Source of the DNA: Verrucomicrobia bacterium ADurb.Bin006
Lineage (GTDB): Bacteria > Verrucomicrobiota > Verrucomicrobiia > Limisphaerales > J093
Direction: 5' to 3'
Assembly (NCBI GenBank): GCA_002071485.1
Contig: MWFF01000127.1
Span: 310-64,309, forward strand
DNA: 64,000 nucleotides
Positions within the stretch are counted from its first letter, which is position 1. Every line of letters begins with the position of its first letter. Below are positions 37,901 through 46,530 of this stretch, one piece after another. Below the pieces are notes generated by a model. It had not been told where the DNA came from. It searched no databases and saw only the letters and a list, made by a program, of their open reading frames with translations. The position numbers and the translations under genes were made by a program.

Positions 37901-38614
37901 ATGAAAAGGTCTTCCTTCTGCGGCACTGCTGAACTCCATCCTGGGCGTCTGTGGGTACAGGTGGTTCTCATGTGGTCGGTTTCCTGGGCCGCTTTGAGCC
38001 AGGGGACGATCAAAGTGTATGACCAAGTGATCAACTACGGCATGCCAGACCTGTACGACGGGCATTCCGATTTTCCTCCTGTTCGCACCAACGCCCCCTT
38101 CGCTCAGTCCTTCGAACCAACCCTTGATAAGGTCGGATTCGTGGAGATTGCGTTTCTTTACGGTTGGTCCTCGGATTCTCCGCTGAGCGAGACGCTCTGC
38201 CTCAACCTTCGCGAGGGGAGCGTGACGGGGCCGATCCTGAGTTCGACACCGGCGATGGTGTTCACCTATGCCAACGGAGACCCGGGGTGGGGGGTAACTC
38301 ATGTGCAGGATTTCCTATTTCCTGAGGCTGTGGGGGTGAACCCGGGCGAGAGCTACTTCATCGAAGTCGTGCACGTGTCCGGTGATGATCTGATCGGGCT
38401 GGGCATCGTTTGTCCGAACTACGCAGGGGAGCCGACTTACTATGCGGCAGGAGAGTTGGTCATGACGGGGAAGCCGTTTCGCCTGTGGGACATGTGGTTT
38501 CGGGAGGGCATTTTGATACCCGAGCCCGGCACCGCGTCGTTGATGGTTCTGGGAGCGGCCTTGCTGATGTGGCATTCCCGATGCCGGCGCATTTGCCCCC
38601 ATGAGCCACCATGA
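37901..38614 (+). CDS. PEP-CTERM-anchored secreted hypothetical protein
   Basis: MKRSSFCGTAELHPGRLWVQVVLMWSVSWAALSQG (signal-like) ... C-terminal LIPEPGTASLMVLGAALLMWHSRCRR (PEP-CTERM motif, TM segment, basic tail). Confidence 0.75.
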   Translation: MKRSSFCGTAELHPGRLWVQVVLMWSVSWAALSQGTIKVYDQVINYGMPDLYDGHSDFPPVRTNAPFAQSFEPTLDKVGFVEIAFLYGWSSDSPLSETLCLNLREGSVTGPILSSTPAMVFTYANGDPGWGVTHVQDFLFPEAVGVNPGESYFIEVVHVSGDDLIGLGIVCPNYAGEPTYYAAGELVMTGKPFRLWDMWFREGILIPEPGTASLMVLGAALLMWHSRCRRICPHEPP

Positions 38615-38769
38615 TCAGCGGGCCTCCGGGAAACACGACGGCAATCGCAGTGGGATCGCATCTGAAGACTTGATAACTCGATCCTGAACCGTCGAATCTC
38701 AACGCCTCCTGCGCCCCGTAGCAGCGGACGTCAGTCCGCGCCATCTCGCTCCGTCAAAGGCGGAGCCGG

Positions 38770-38817
38770 CGCCGACGCACCTGCCTGCGCCGAGGCTCCG
38801 ACAGGCAGACGTCGGCG
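38770..38817. repeat. GC-rich extended hairpin (REP-like or terminator-like)
   Basis: CGCCGACG-ca-CCTGCCTG ... CAGGCAG-a-CGTCGGCG: two stacked stems (8 bp and 7 bp) around a 14-nt loop. No T-tract follows. The CCTGCCTG/CAGGCAG motif also recurs inside the MITE core. Confidence 0.4.
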
Positions 38818-38931
38818 GCTACAAACCGGATCATGGCCCTCGTTCACATTCCTGTTGACACGATTCGGGCAAAGGCGCTCTATGTCCAAAAATGTCTAAT
38901 TGCGGTGGATAAAGGGTAATCGAGAGCCACG

Positions 38932-39744
38932 ATGAACCTGACGGTCAAAGGCGTGTCCGATCTGCTCGATGTGTCCGAGAAGACGGTCTACCGCTGGCTC
39001 GGCGCGGGCAGGCTCCCCGCCTACAGGCTCAGCGGCCAGTACCGCTTCAGCCGGGCCGAGATTCTCGAGTGGGCGACGGCCAACAGACTCAAAGTCTCAG
39101 CCCGGACCCTGCACGAAGCGGACGACCCGAATGAGCCGCTGCCGACACTAGCCGAGGCGCTCGAAGCCGGCGGCATCTTCTACAGGATCGGCGGCACGGA
39201 CCGCGAATCCGCCCTCCGCAGCGCGGTCGAGACGCTGCGCCTCCCGGACGAGGTGGACCGCGAGTTCCTCCTCGAGGCGCTGCTCGCCCGCGAGCAACTC
39301 GCCTCGACCGGCATCGGCGATGGCATCGCCATAGCCCACGCGCGCAACCCCGTCGTGCTGCACGTGGTCAAGCCCGTCCTCGCGCTCTGTTTTCTCGAAC
39401 AGGCCGTCGATTTCGGCGCGCTCGATGGCCGTCCGGTGCGGGCGCTGTTCACCCTGGTCAGTCCCAGCGCCCGCGCGCACCTCGATCTGCTCTCGCGTCT
39501 GTCGTTCGCGTTGCGCGACGCGGACTTCAAGAACATGGTGCTTGCCCAGGCCGACCGCGACACACTCCTTGGGACCATTCGGCGCCTCGGTAGAGGCGTG
39601 CCGCAACGGGGCCGGACTCCGGGCGTAACCCGCCGCTCGACCCGTCGCGCCGATCCTCATGCACCGGTCGACACGCCCCGCTCATCAGCACCCGTACGAC
39701 ATCCTGGCGCGCGCCGGGCCGAACCAGGCCGCGCGCGGTCCTGA
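38932..39744 (+). CDS. Excisionase/MerR-type HTH fused to a PTS EIIA (PtsN/fructose-type) domain; putative regulator
   Basis: MNLTVKGVSDLLDVSEKTVYRWLGAGRLPAYRLSGQYRFSRAEILEW (HTH_17-like), then ...REQLASTGIGDGIAIAHARNP... (EIIA-2 phospho-His loop) ...ALFTLVSPSARAHLDLLSRLSFAL. The last ~55 aa are an R/P-rich tail. The gene ends 35 nt before the next gene. Confidence 0.8.
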   Translation: MNLTVKGVSDLLDVSEKTVYRWLGAGRLPAYRLSGQYRFSRAEILEWATANRLKVSARTLHEADDPNEPLPTLAEALEAGGIFYRIGGTDRESALRSAVETLRLPDEVDREFLLEALLAREQLASTGIGDGIAIAHARNPVVLHVVKPVLALCFLEQAVDFGALDGRPVRALFTLVSPSARAHLDLLSRLSFALRDADFKNMVLAQADRDTLLGTIRRLGRGVPQRGRTPGVTRRSTRRADPHAPVDTPRSSAPVRHPGARRAEPGRARS

Positions 39745-39779
39745 GAGAACGGAGCGATTCAAGGCAAGACGAGGCGCAC

Positions 39780-41828
39780 ATGACCGACTTTCCCCTGTCG
39801 CTGTTGGGTGTTGCCCTGTGGGCCTATCTGGCCGGCGCGGCTGGCGCGTTGGTCTTCCAACGCTTCGAGAAACTGGCCAATGGCTTCGGATTCGGCATGG
39901 CCGCGGCGGGCGGTCTGTGCGGCCTGGTCTCGTGCGGGGCAGCGCTGGCTTCCGGCATGCCTGTCGCGTCCCGGTCGATCGAACTGTTTCCCGCGCTCAT
40001 TCCGTTGGTCCGGTTCGCGATTCGGGCGGATGCGCTGGGCTGTTTCTTTGGGCTGATCGTCTCGCTCCTGGCCGTGCCTCTTTCGGTCTACTCGCTGGGC
40101 TACGCCCGCAGCTACTTTGGACGCAGGAATGTCGGCGTGCTGGCCGCTCTGTTCAACCTGCTGCTGCTTTCGATCACGCTGGTCTTTCTGGCCGACCATG
40201 TCTTCTTCTTCCTCATTGCCTGGGAACTCATGGCGCTGAGCGCCTCGATCCTTGTCTGCTTCGAGCACGAACAGGACGAAAGCCGCGGCGGCGCCGTGCT
40301 CTTCTTCGTGATGTCGCACATCGGCACGGCGGCTCTGATCCTGGGATTCCTGTTGCTGTTCCAGGCATCCGGCAGCTACGCCTTTACGGACTTTCATGCG
40401 CTGGGCGCCAAGCTCTCGGCGAGCCGGCGCGGCGGGGTGTTCCTGCTGTTCCTGTTCGGATTCGGGATCAAGGCCGGGCTGGTGCCGCTGCACATCTGGT
40501 TGCCGGCCGCCCATCCGGTCGCGCCCAGCAACGTGTCCGCGCTGATGTCCGGCGTGCTGATCAAGACAGGCGTGTATGGACTTATCCGCGTCTGTTTCGA
40601 TTTTCTGGGTGCGCCGCCGCAGTGGTGGGGTGTGGCAGTGCTGGGCCTGGGAACGGTCTCCGCGGTTCTGGGCGTGCTCTTTGCGCTGATGGAACACGAT
40701 CTCAAGCGCTTGCTCGCATACCATAGCATCGAGAACATCGGGATCATTCTCATAGGGCTGGGCGCGGCGCTCATGCTGCTGCACTCGAGTCATCCAATGC
40801 TGGCATCGCTCGCGTTGATCGCCGGCCTCTACCACACCCTCAACCACGCTTGTTTCAAGGCGCTGCTGTTCCTGGGCGCCGGCGCGGTCCTGCACGCCAC
40901 CCATACCCGCAACATGGAGGAGATGGGAGGGCTGGCGAAGCGCATGCAATGGACGAGCGCCTTCTTCCTCCTGGGTGCCGCCGCCATTTCCGCACTGCCG
41001 CCTCTCAATGGGTTCGTGAGCGAATGGTTCACCTACCAGTCCTTGCTGCAGGGTTTCGGGTCCACCCCCAGCCTCATCCGGCTGATGTTCCCGCTGAGCG
41101 GGGCGATGCTGGCGCTGACCAGCGCTTTGGCGGCAGCCTGCTTTGTCAAAGCTTTCGGCATCACGTTCCTGGCCCAACCGCGCAGCGCGCATGCCCGGGA
41201 GGCGCGGGAGGCGTCGCTGACAATGCTGCTCGGCCAGGGCCTCTTGGTCGCGGTGTGCGTCGTTCTCGGTTTGTTTCCCGGAATCCTGCTCAAGCTGCTC
41301 GACCCGCTGACGCATCAGTTGATCGGCGAACGATTGAGCCAGCGCCTGAGCCTTGCCGGGGGCCTCGTGCTCTCGAGTGGAGCCGCCCAGGGCGGCACGG
41401 TCTCGACTCTGGGCATTGTGCTCATGCTTGTGGCGTTGTTGGCTGTGCCGATTGTCCTGTGGGCCCTGTTCGCGCGCGGAGCGAGGACGCGCATCGCGCC
41501 GACGTGGGACTGCGGCTTGCGGGGATTGACACCGCACATGCAATACACGGCCACCGGGTTCTCGAAGCCTTTGCGGATGATTTTCAAGGCGCTGTTCCGC
41601 CCGCGGCGTGAGGTGCAGCGCGAGTACGATCTCTCGCCGTATTTCGCCACGACCCTGCGTTTCGAGAGTCATGTCGAGGAGGTTTTTCAGACCCGTGTGT
41701 ACCGTCCGCTCAAATGGCTCGTGCTGCGGTTCTCGAGGCGGTCGCGGGCGCTGCAAGCGGGCAGCATCCAGGCCTACCTCATCTACATCTTCCTCACGCT
41801 GCTGGCGCTGCTCCTCTTCGCGCTATGA
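39780..41828 (+). CDS. NuoL/HyfB-like proton-translocating antiporter-type subunit
   Basis: 682 aa, polytopic. ...FFFLIAWELMALSASILV...LHIWLPAAHPVAPSNVSALMSGVLIKTGVYGLIR...HSIENIGIILIGLG.... GAGG precedes the ATG. Confidence 0.88.
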   Translation: MTDFPLSLLGVALWAYLAGAAGALVFQRFEKLANGFGFGMAAAGGLCGLVSCGAALASGMPVASRSIELFPALIPLVRFAIRADALGCFFGLIVSLLAVPLSVYSLGYARSYFGRRNVGVLAALFNLLLLSITLVFLADHVFFFLIAWELMALSASILVCFEHEQDESRGGAVLFFVMSHIGTAALILGFLLLFQASGSYAFTDFHALGAKLSASRRGGVFLLFLFGFGIKAGLVPLHIWLPAAHPVAPSNVSALMSGVLIKTGVYGLIRVCFDFLGAPPQWWGVAVLGLGTVSAVLGVLFALMEHDLKRLLAYHSIENIGIILIGLGAALMLLHSSHPMLASLALIAGLYHTLNHACFKALLFLGAGAVLHATHTRNMEEMGGLAKRMQWTSAFFLLGAAAISALPPLNGFVSEWFTYQSLLQGFGSTPSLIRLMFPLSGAMLALTSALAAACFVKAFGITFLAQPRSAHAREAREASLTMLLGQGLLVAVCVVLGLFPGILLKLLDPLTHQLIGERLSQRLSLAGGLVLSSGAAQGGTVSTLGIVLMLVALLAVPIVLWALFARGARTRIAPTWDCGLRGLTPHMQYTATGFSKPLRMIFKALFRPRREVQREYDLSPYFATTLRFESHVEEVFQTRVYRPLKWLVLRFSRRSRALQAGSIQAYLIYIFLTLLALLLFAL

Positions 41829-42772
41829 ACCCGGACCCGCTCGCCATCCTGCTCCAGACTCTCCTGCTGCTCCTGCTGGCGCCGCTGGTCAGCGGGATCA
41901 TCAAGAACTGGAAAGCCAAGCTCCAGAACCGCCGCGGCCCGCGCCCGTGGCAGGTCTATCTCGACCTCGCCAAATTCCTGCGCAAGGACATGGTGATTTC
42001 TGAGCATGCCTCGTGGATTTTCTCGTTCGCCCCGTACGTTCTGTTCACAAGCGCCTTGCTCGCGGGCCTGATGGTCCCAACGCTGGCCACGCCGGCGCCT
42101 CTGAGCCTCTTCGGCGGCGCCCTGGCGCTGATCGGCTTGCTCGCCCTGGGCCGGTTCTTTCTCGCGCTGGGCGGGCTCGACCCAGCCAGCGCGTTTGGCG
42201 GAATGGGCAGCAGTCGCGATATGACCCTGTCGGCGATCGCGGAGCCGGCGCTGATGCTGGCGATTTTCACCGTGGCCATCACGGCGGGATCGACCGATTT
42301 GAGCCAGATCTGCCGCAGCACTCAGAGCGCGACTTGGAGGCTGCTGAATCCCGCCCATGTCCTCGCATTCGCGGCGATGTTTGTCGTCCTGCTGGCGGAG
42401 ACCGGACGCATCCCCGTCGACAATCCAGCCACGCATCTCGAGTTGACGATGGTGCACGAGGCGATGCTGCTCGAATACTCGGGCCGCTTCCTGGCCTTGA
42501 TGGAATGGGGCGCCTCGATCAAGCAACTGGTGCTGATGACGCTGCTGGCAAATGTGTTCGTGCCCGTCGGCCTTGCGGTCTCGGAAGCGGGTCCGGGTGC
42601 GCTGGCGCTGAGCCTGCTCGCCTACCTGGCCAAGTTGCTCGCCCTCGCCGCCGCCGTGGTCCTGGTCGAAACCACCAATGCGAAACTGCGTCTCTTCCGC
42701 GTGCCGGATTTGCTCAGCGCGGCGTTCGTGCTGGCCACGCTGGCGCTGCTCTCGACGTTTCTCTTCCAGTAA
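41825..42772 (+). CDS. NuoH/HyfC(HycD)-like membrane subunit
   Basis: The ATG at 41825 overlaps the upstream stop (ATGA). MNPDPLAILLQTLLLLLLAPLVSGIIKNWKAKLQNRRGPRPWQVYLDLAKFLRKD...EYSGRFLALMEW.... Confidence 0.85.
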   Translation: MNPDPLAILLQTLLLLLLAPLVSGIIKNWKAKLQNRRGPRPWQVYLDLAKFLRKDMVISEHASWIFSFAPYVLFTSALLAGLMVPTLATPAPLSLFGGALALIGLLALGRFFLALGGLDPASAFGGMGSSRDMTLSAIAEPALMLAIFTVAITAGSTDLSQICRSTQSATWRLLNPAHVLAFAAMFVVLLAETGRIPVDNPATHLELTMVHEAMLLEYSGRFLALMEWGASIKQLVLMTLLANVFVPVGLAVSEAGPGALALSLLAYLAKLLALAAAVVLVETTNAKLRLFRVPDLLSAAFVLATLALLSTFLFQ

Positions 42773-42774
42773 AC

Positions 42775-43446
42775 ATGAGCGCATCCGCAACAGCCCCCAT
42801 CGGGTCGCAGATTCTGACGCTCATGGCGGCGTTGATGCTGGTGCTGCAGTTGTTCATCATTGCGCAGCGCCGGCTGCTGACCAATATCCGCCTCTTCGCC
42901 ATCCAGTCGCTGCTCCTGGCCGGCATTGCGGCCGTCGTCGCCTTCCACCACGCCGCCAACCACGTCTATCTGGTTGCGGGCCTGACCTTGGTGGGCAAGG
43001 TCGTCCTGCTCCCCTGGCTTCTGACCCGCCTGGTTTATCGCATCCAAATCCACCAGGAGATCGAGCCTCTGCTCAATGCCCCGAGCTCGATGCTGATCGG
43101 CGGAGGATTGACCCTGCTCGGCTACGTGGTCGCGCGCCCATTCACGTCAATGGAGCGTCTGGGCAACAACACCCTGGCCATTGCGCTGGCGCTGGTGCTC
43201 ACCGGCTTCTTCCTGACGATCAACCGGCGCAAGGCCCTGACCCAGGTGCTGGCGCTGCTCACGGTCGAGAACGGGGTCATGCTCGCCGCCGTGGCGCTGA
43301 CCACCTACGGCATGCCGCTCGTGGTCGAGTTGGGAATCTTCTTCGACGTCCTTGTGGCGGTGATGGTGCTCGCGATCCTCGTCTACCGCATCCGCGAGAA
43401 CTTTGCGTCGATGGACACCAGCAAGCTCAACCAATTGAAAGGCTGA
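42775..43446 (+). CDS. NuoK/HyfE-like membrane subunit
   Basis: 223 aa, about 6 TM segments. ...ALTQVLALLTVENGVMLAAVALT.GMPLVVELGIFFDVLVAVMVLAILV.... It starts 2 nt after the upstream stop. Confidence 0.8.
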   Translation: MSASATAPIGSQILTLMAALMLVLQLFIIAQRRLLTNIRLFAIQSLLLAGIAAVVAFHHAANHVYLVAGLTLVGKVVLLPWLLTRLVYRIQIHQEIEPLLNAPSSMLIGGGLTLLGYVVARPFTSMERLGNNTLAIALALVLTGFFLTINRRKALTQVLALLTVENGVMLAAVALTTYGMPLVVELGIFFDVLVAVMVLAILVYRIRENFASMDTSKLNQLKG

Positions 43447-43447
43447 C

Positions 43448-44926
43448 ATGTCGTTGTTGACGCCCATCCTCATCGCGCCCCTCCTGGCAGGACTCCTCTG
43501 CCTGGTGGTGCCGTCGCGCCGTGTGATGGTCGCGTTGGGCGTGCTGGCCTTTGCCACAACCCTGGCGTTGGGCATCGCCCTGCTCCACGAGGTCCTGGCC
43601 CGCGGCGTCGTGACCGAATGGAATGGATTTCTGTGCGCCGACGCCCTCAGCGCCTGGATGGTCCTCCTTGTTTCGGTCGTCTCCTTCGCGTCCGCACTCT
43701 ACGCCGGACCCTACTTCCAGCGCGACATCGAGGCGGGCATGGTCAGCCCGGCGCGGGTCCGGGAGTTTTACGTGCTCACGCCTCTGTTCGGAGCGGGCAT
43801 GTTCATGGTCGTGCTGGCCAACAACCTGGGGGTGATGTGGGCCGCGGTCGAGGGCACCGCCCTCTCATCGGTGCTGCTAGTGGCCCTCTACAATCGCCGC
43901 CACTCGCTCGAAGCGGCATGGAAATACGTGATGCTCGGCAGCGTCGGCCTGGCCCTGGCCCTCCTGGGCACGGTGTTCGTCTATGCCGCCGCCTGCAAGA
44001 ACGCCCCCGATGCCGTGCCCAGCCTCAATTGGTCGTATCTGATGTCCGTGGCTGGGGGGCTCGATCCGCATCTGCTCAAACTCGCCTTCGTGTTCGCGTT
44101 TGTCGGTTACGGCACCAAGGCCGGCCTGGCCCCGATGCACACCTGGCTCCCCGACGCGCACAGCGAGGCGCCCTCGCCCACCAGCGCCATGCTCTCCGGG
44201 GTGTCGCTCAAGATCGCCTTGTACGCCTTGTTGCGATTTCACATTCTGACAGCCGCATGCCTCGACTCGGCGTTCAGTCGCCGCCTGCTTCTGGTCTTCG
44301 GCCTTCTCTCGATGCTCCTGGCCCCGCCGTTCATCCTGGTCCAGCGTAACCTCAAGCGACTGCTCGCCTATTCGAGCCTCGAACACATCGGACTGATCTG
44401 CACGGCCATCGGGCTGAACACGCCTCTGACCATCCTGGGCGCGCTCATGCACATGGGCTATCACGCTCTCACCAAGCCGGTGCTCTTCTTCGCCGCCGGC
44501 AACATCCATCAGGCCTTCCACGCGCTCGAATTTCGGCGCATCGGATCGGGCGTCGCCAAGGTCCTTCCGCTCACCGCGCTCTGGATGGGGCTGGCCGCTC
44601 TGGCCGCCATCGGGCTGCCGCCCTTCGGTCTGTTCTTGAGCGAGTTGACAGTCCTCAGCGGCGGCCTCGCCGCGCATGAAACAACTGTCAGTGCGTTGAT
44701 TCTGATCGCCCTGGTCGCTTCCTTCTGCGGCATCCTCCAACAGTTCACCCGCATCTTGCTCGGGACGCGCCGCCCAGACGCCCGCCCGATCGAGACCCAC
44801 CGGCTGGATGGGGCGCCGGCGATGATCTTGTTGCTGGGGGCGCTGCTGCTCTTCAGCGTGTGGCTGCCCGAGCCGTTGCTTGATCTGCTGCGCCAGGCCG
44901 CCGCCATCATCGGAGGTCAACCATGA
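43448..44926 (+). CDS. NuoN/M / HyfF-like antiporter-type subunit
   Basis: 492 aa. ...LANNLGVMWAAVEGTALSSVLLVAL...KAGLAPMHTWLPDAHSEAPSPTSAMLSGVSLKIALYALLR...SSLEHIGLI.... Confidence 0.88.
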   Translation: MSLLTPILIAPLLAGLLCLVVPSRRVMVALGVLAFATTLALGIALLHEVLARGVVTEWNGFLCADALSAWMVLLVSVVSFASALYAGPYFQRDIEAGMVSPARVREFYVLTPLFGAGMFMVVLANNLGVMWAAVEGTALSSVLLVALYNRRHSLEAAWKYVMLGSVGLALALLGTVFVYAAACKNAPDAVPSLNWSYLMSVAGGLDPHLLKLAFVFAFVGYGTKAGLAPMHTWLPDAHSEAPSPTSAMLSGVSLKIALYALLRFHILTAACLDSAFSRRLLLVFGLLSMLLAPPFILVQRNLKRLLAYSSLEHIGLICTAIGLNTPLTILGALMHMGYHALTKPVLFFAAGNIHQAFHALEFRRIGSGVAKVLPLTALWMGLAALAAIGLPPFGLFLSELTVLSGGLAAHETTVSALILIALVASFCGILQQFTRILLGTRRPDARPIETHRLDGAPAMILLLGALLLFSVWLPEPLLDLLRQAAAIIGGQP

Positions 44927-46527
44927 ACCTGTCCGGCGTCTCCACCGAACTCCGCCCGGTGGTCGAGGACCTCAACCGCCGATTCGAAGGCCGGTTCAAC
45001 GCCCTCGTCACCCCGCGACTCAACGAGGTCTACTTCCACGTCACGATGGACCTGGTGCCGGGCTTCTGCGCCCACCTCTGCCGCAAGTGGAAGGCGCGCC
45101 TGGTGACCGTATTTGCCGACGACGCCCGAATTGGGCATGGCGTGTTCCATCTTTATTACGCGCTGGCCCTCGACGACGCGCACGGACTCCTCGTCCTCCG
45201 CGTCCCCGTTTCGCCCGAAACTCCCCAGTTCGTCGCCCTGACCAACGCCATCCCGGCCGTCAATTGGCAGGAACGCGAGATACAGGATTGGTTCGGATTG
45301 AGGCTCCTCGGCCATCCCAATCCACGGCGCTGCGCCCTCCACGACGACTGGCCGGCGGTCCATCCGTTACGCAAGGATTTCGACCTCAACACCGTGCTGC
45401 CCCCCTTCCAGGGCGAACGCCACAAGTTCCGCCCGGTCGAGGGCGAGGGCGTGTTTCAGGTGCCGGTCGGGCCGGTCCATGCAGGCATCATCGAGCCGGG
45501 CCATTTCCTGTTCAGCGTGGCGGGGGAACCGGTGCTCTACTTGCAGTTGCGTCTGTTCTACGTCCACAAAGGCACTGAGAAGCTTTTCGAGCACCTGCCC
45601 ATTCCTCATGGCGTGCGCCTGGCCGAGAGCATCTCCGGCGATTCGAGCTTCGCGCATGCGACAGCCTTCTGCCACGCCATCGAGCGCACTGCCGGCGCTC
45701 AGGCGCCTCCGCGAGCGCGTGTGCTGCGGTCGGTCTGCCTCGAACTGGAACGTTTGTACAACCACATCGCCGACATCGGGGCGATCTGCACCGATGTCGC
45801 GTTCGTCACGGCCAACATGCACGCCATGCGGCTCAAGGAGCAAATCCTCCGCGTCAACGAACACCTCACCGGGAACCGGCTCCTGCGCGGCATGGCCTGT
45901 CTGGGCGGGGTCCGGTTCGATTGGGACGCCGACCAGATCAGGACTCTCAATGGACTGGTAAGCGATCTGCGGCCCGAGTTCGATTCACTCGTCCAACTCG
46001 TGGAGGACTCGTCGTCCACGCTCGACAGGCTCGATACCACGGGCATCCTCAAACCGGAGGTGGCCCGCGATCTGGGCGTGGTCGGCATCGCGGGCCGGGC
46101 GTCCGGATTCGCCTACGATCTGCGCCGCGACTTCCCGCACGCCGCCTATGATCAGGTGCAAATCCGGGTCCCCGTCTACCGGGTGGGAGACGTCCGACAC
46201 CGGCTCCGGGTCCGCGTGGACGAAGTGCACGAGTCCCTGAGGCTTATCCAAACGTTCGTCACAAAGCTGCCTGGCGGTCCTCTGCGCATCGATATCGGCG
46301 AAGTGCCGCCCGACCGGGTCGCCTTCGGCTACGTCGAAGGGTGGCGCGGCGAGATCTTCCACTGGGTTCGAACTGCGCCCAACAACCGACTCGCACGATG
46401 CCGCGTCAAGGATCCGTCTCTCCAGAACTGGCCGGCCCTGAGCGAGGCAATCCTGGACAACATTGTCCCCGACTTCCCGGTCATCAACAAAAGCTTCAAC
46501 CTGTCGTATTCGGGCACCGACCGCTGA
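44923..46527 (+). CDS. NuoC-NuoD / HyfG(HycE)-like large subunit lacking all four NiFe-ligand cysteines
   Basis: GGAGG precedes the ATG, which overlaps the upstream stop. The NuoC-like N-domain reads ...IPAVNWQEREIQDWFGL. The large-subunit core reads GVFQVPVGPVHAGIIEPGHFLFSVAGEPVLYLQLRLFYVHKGTEK. The first ligand motif reads ISGDSSFAH (nt 45634-45645) and the C-terminus reads FNLSYSGTDR* (46498-46527). Confidence 0.88.
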   Translation: MNLSGVSTELRPVVEDLNRRFEGRFNALVTPRLNEVYFHVTMDLVPGFCAHLCRKWKARLVTVFADDARIGHGVFHLYYALALDDAHGLLVLRVPVSPETPQFVALTNAIPAVNWQEREIQDWFGLRLLGHPNPRRCALHDDWPAVHPLRKDFDLNTVLPPFQGERHKFRPVEGEGVFQVPVGPVHAGIIEPGHFLFSVAGEPVLYLQLRLFYVHKGTEKLFEHLPIPHGVRLAESISGDSSFAHATAFCHAIERTAGAQAPPRARVLRSVCLELERLYNHIADIGAICTDVAFVTANMHAMRLKEQILRVNEHLTGNRLLRGMACLGGVRFDWDADQIRTLNGLVSDLRPEFDSLVQLVEDSSSTLDRLDTTGILKPEVARDLGVVGIAGRASGFAYDLRRDFPHAAYDQVQIRVPVYRVGDVRHRLRVRVDEVHESLRLIQTFVTKLPGGPLRIDIGEVPPDRVAFGYVEGWRGEIFHWVRTAPNNRLARCRVKDPSLQNWPALSEAILDNIVPDFPVINKSFNLSYSGTDR

Positions 46528-46530
46528 CCT

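Noticed and set aside
38855-38900. TTGACA at 38855-38860 as the promoter of the HTH-EIIA/complex operon.
   Set aside because: No acceptable -10 hexamer lies at 16-19 nt spacing (CTCTAT/TCTATG/TATGTC only at 17-20 nt and poor). It is too speculative to list as a feature.
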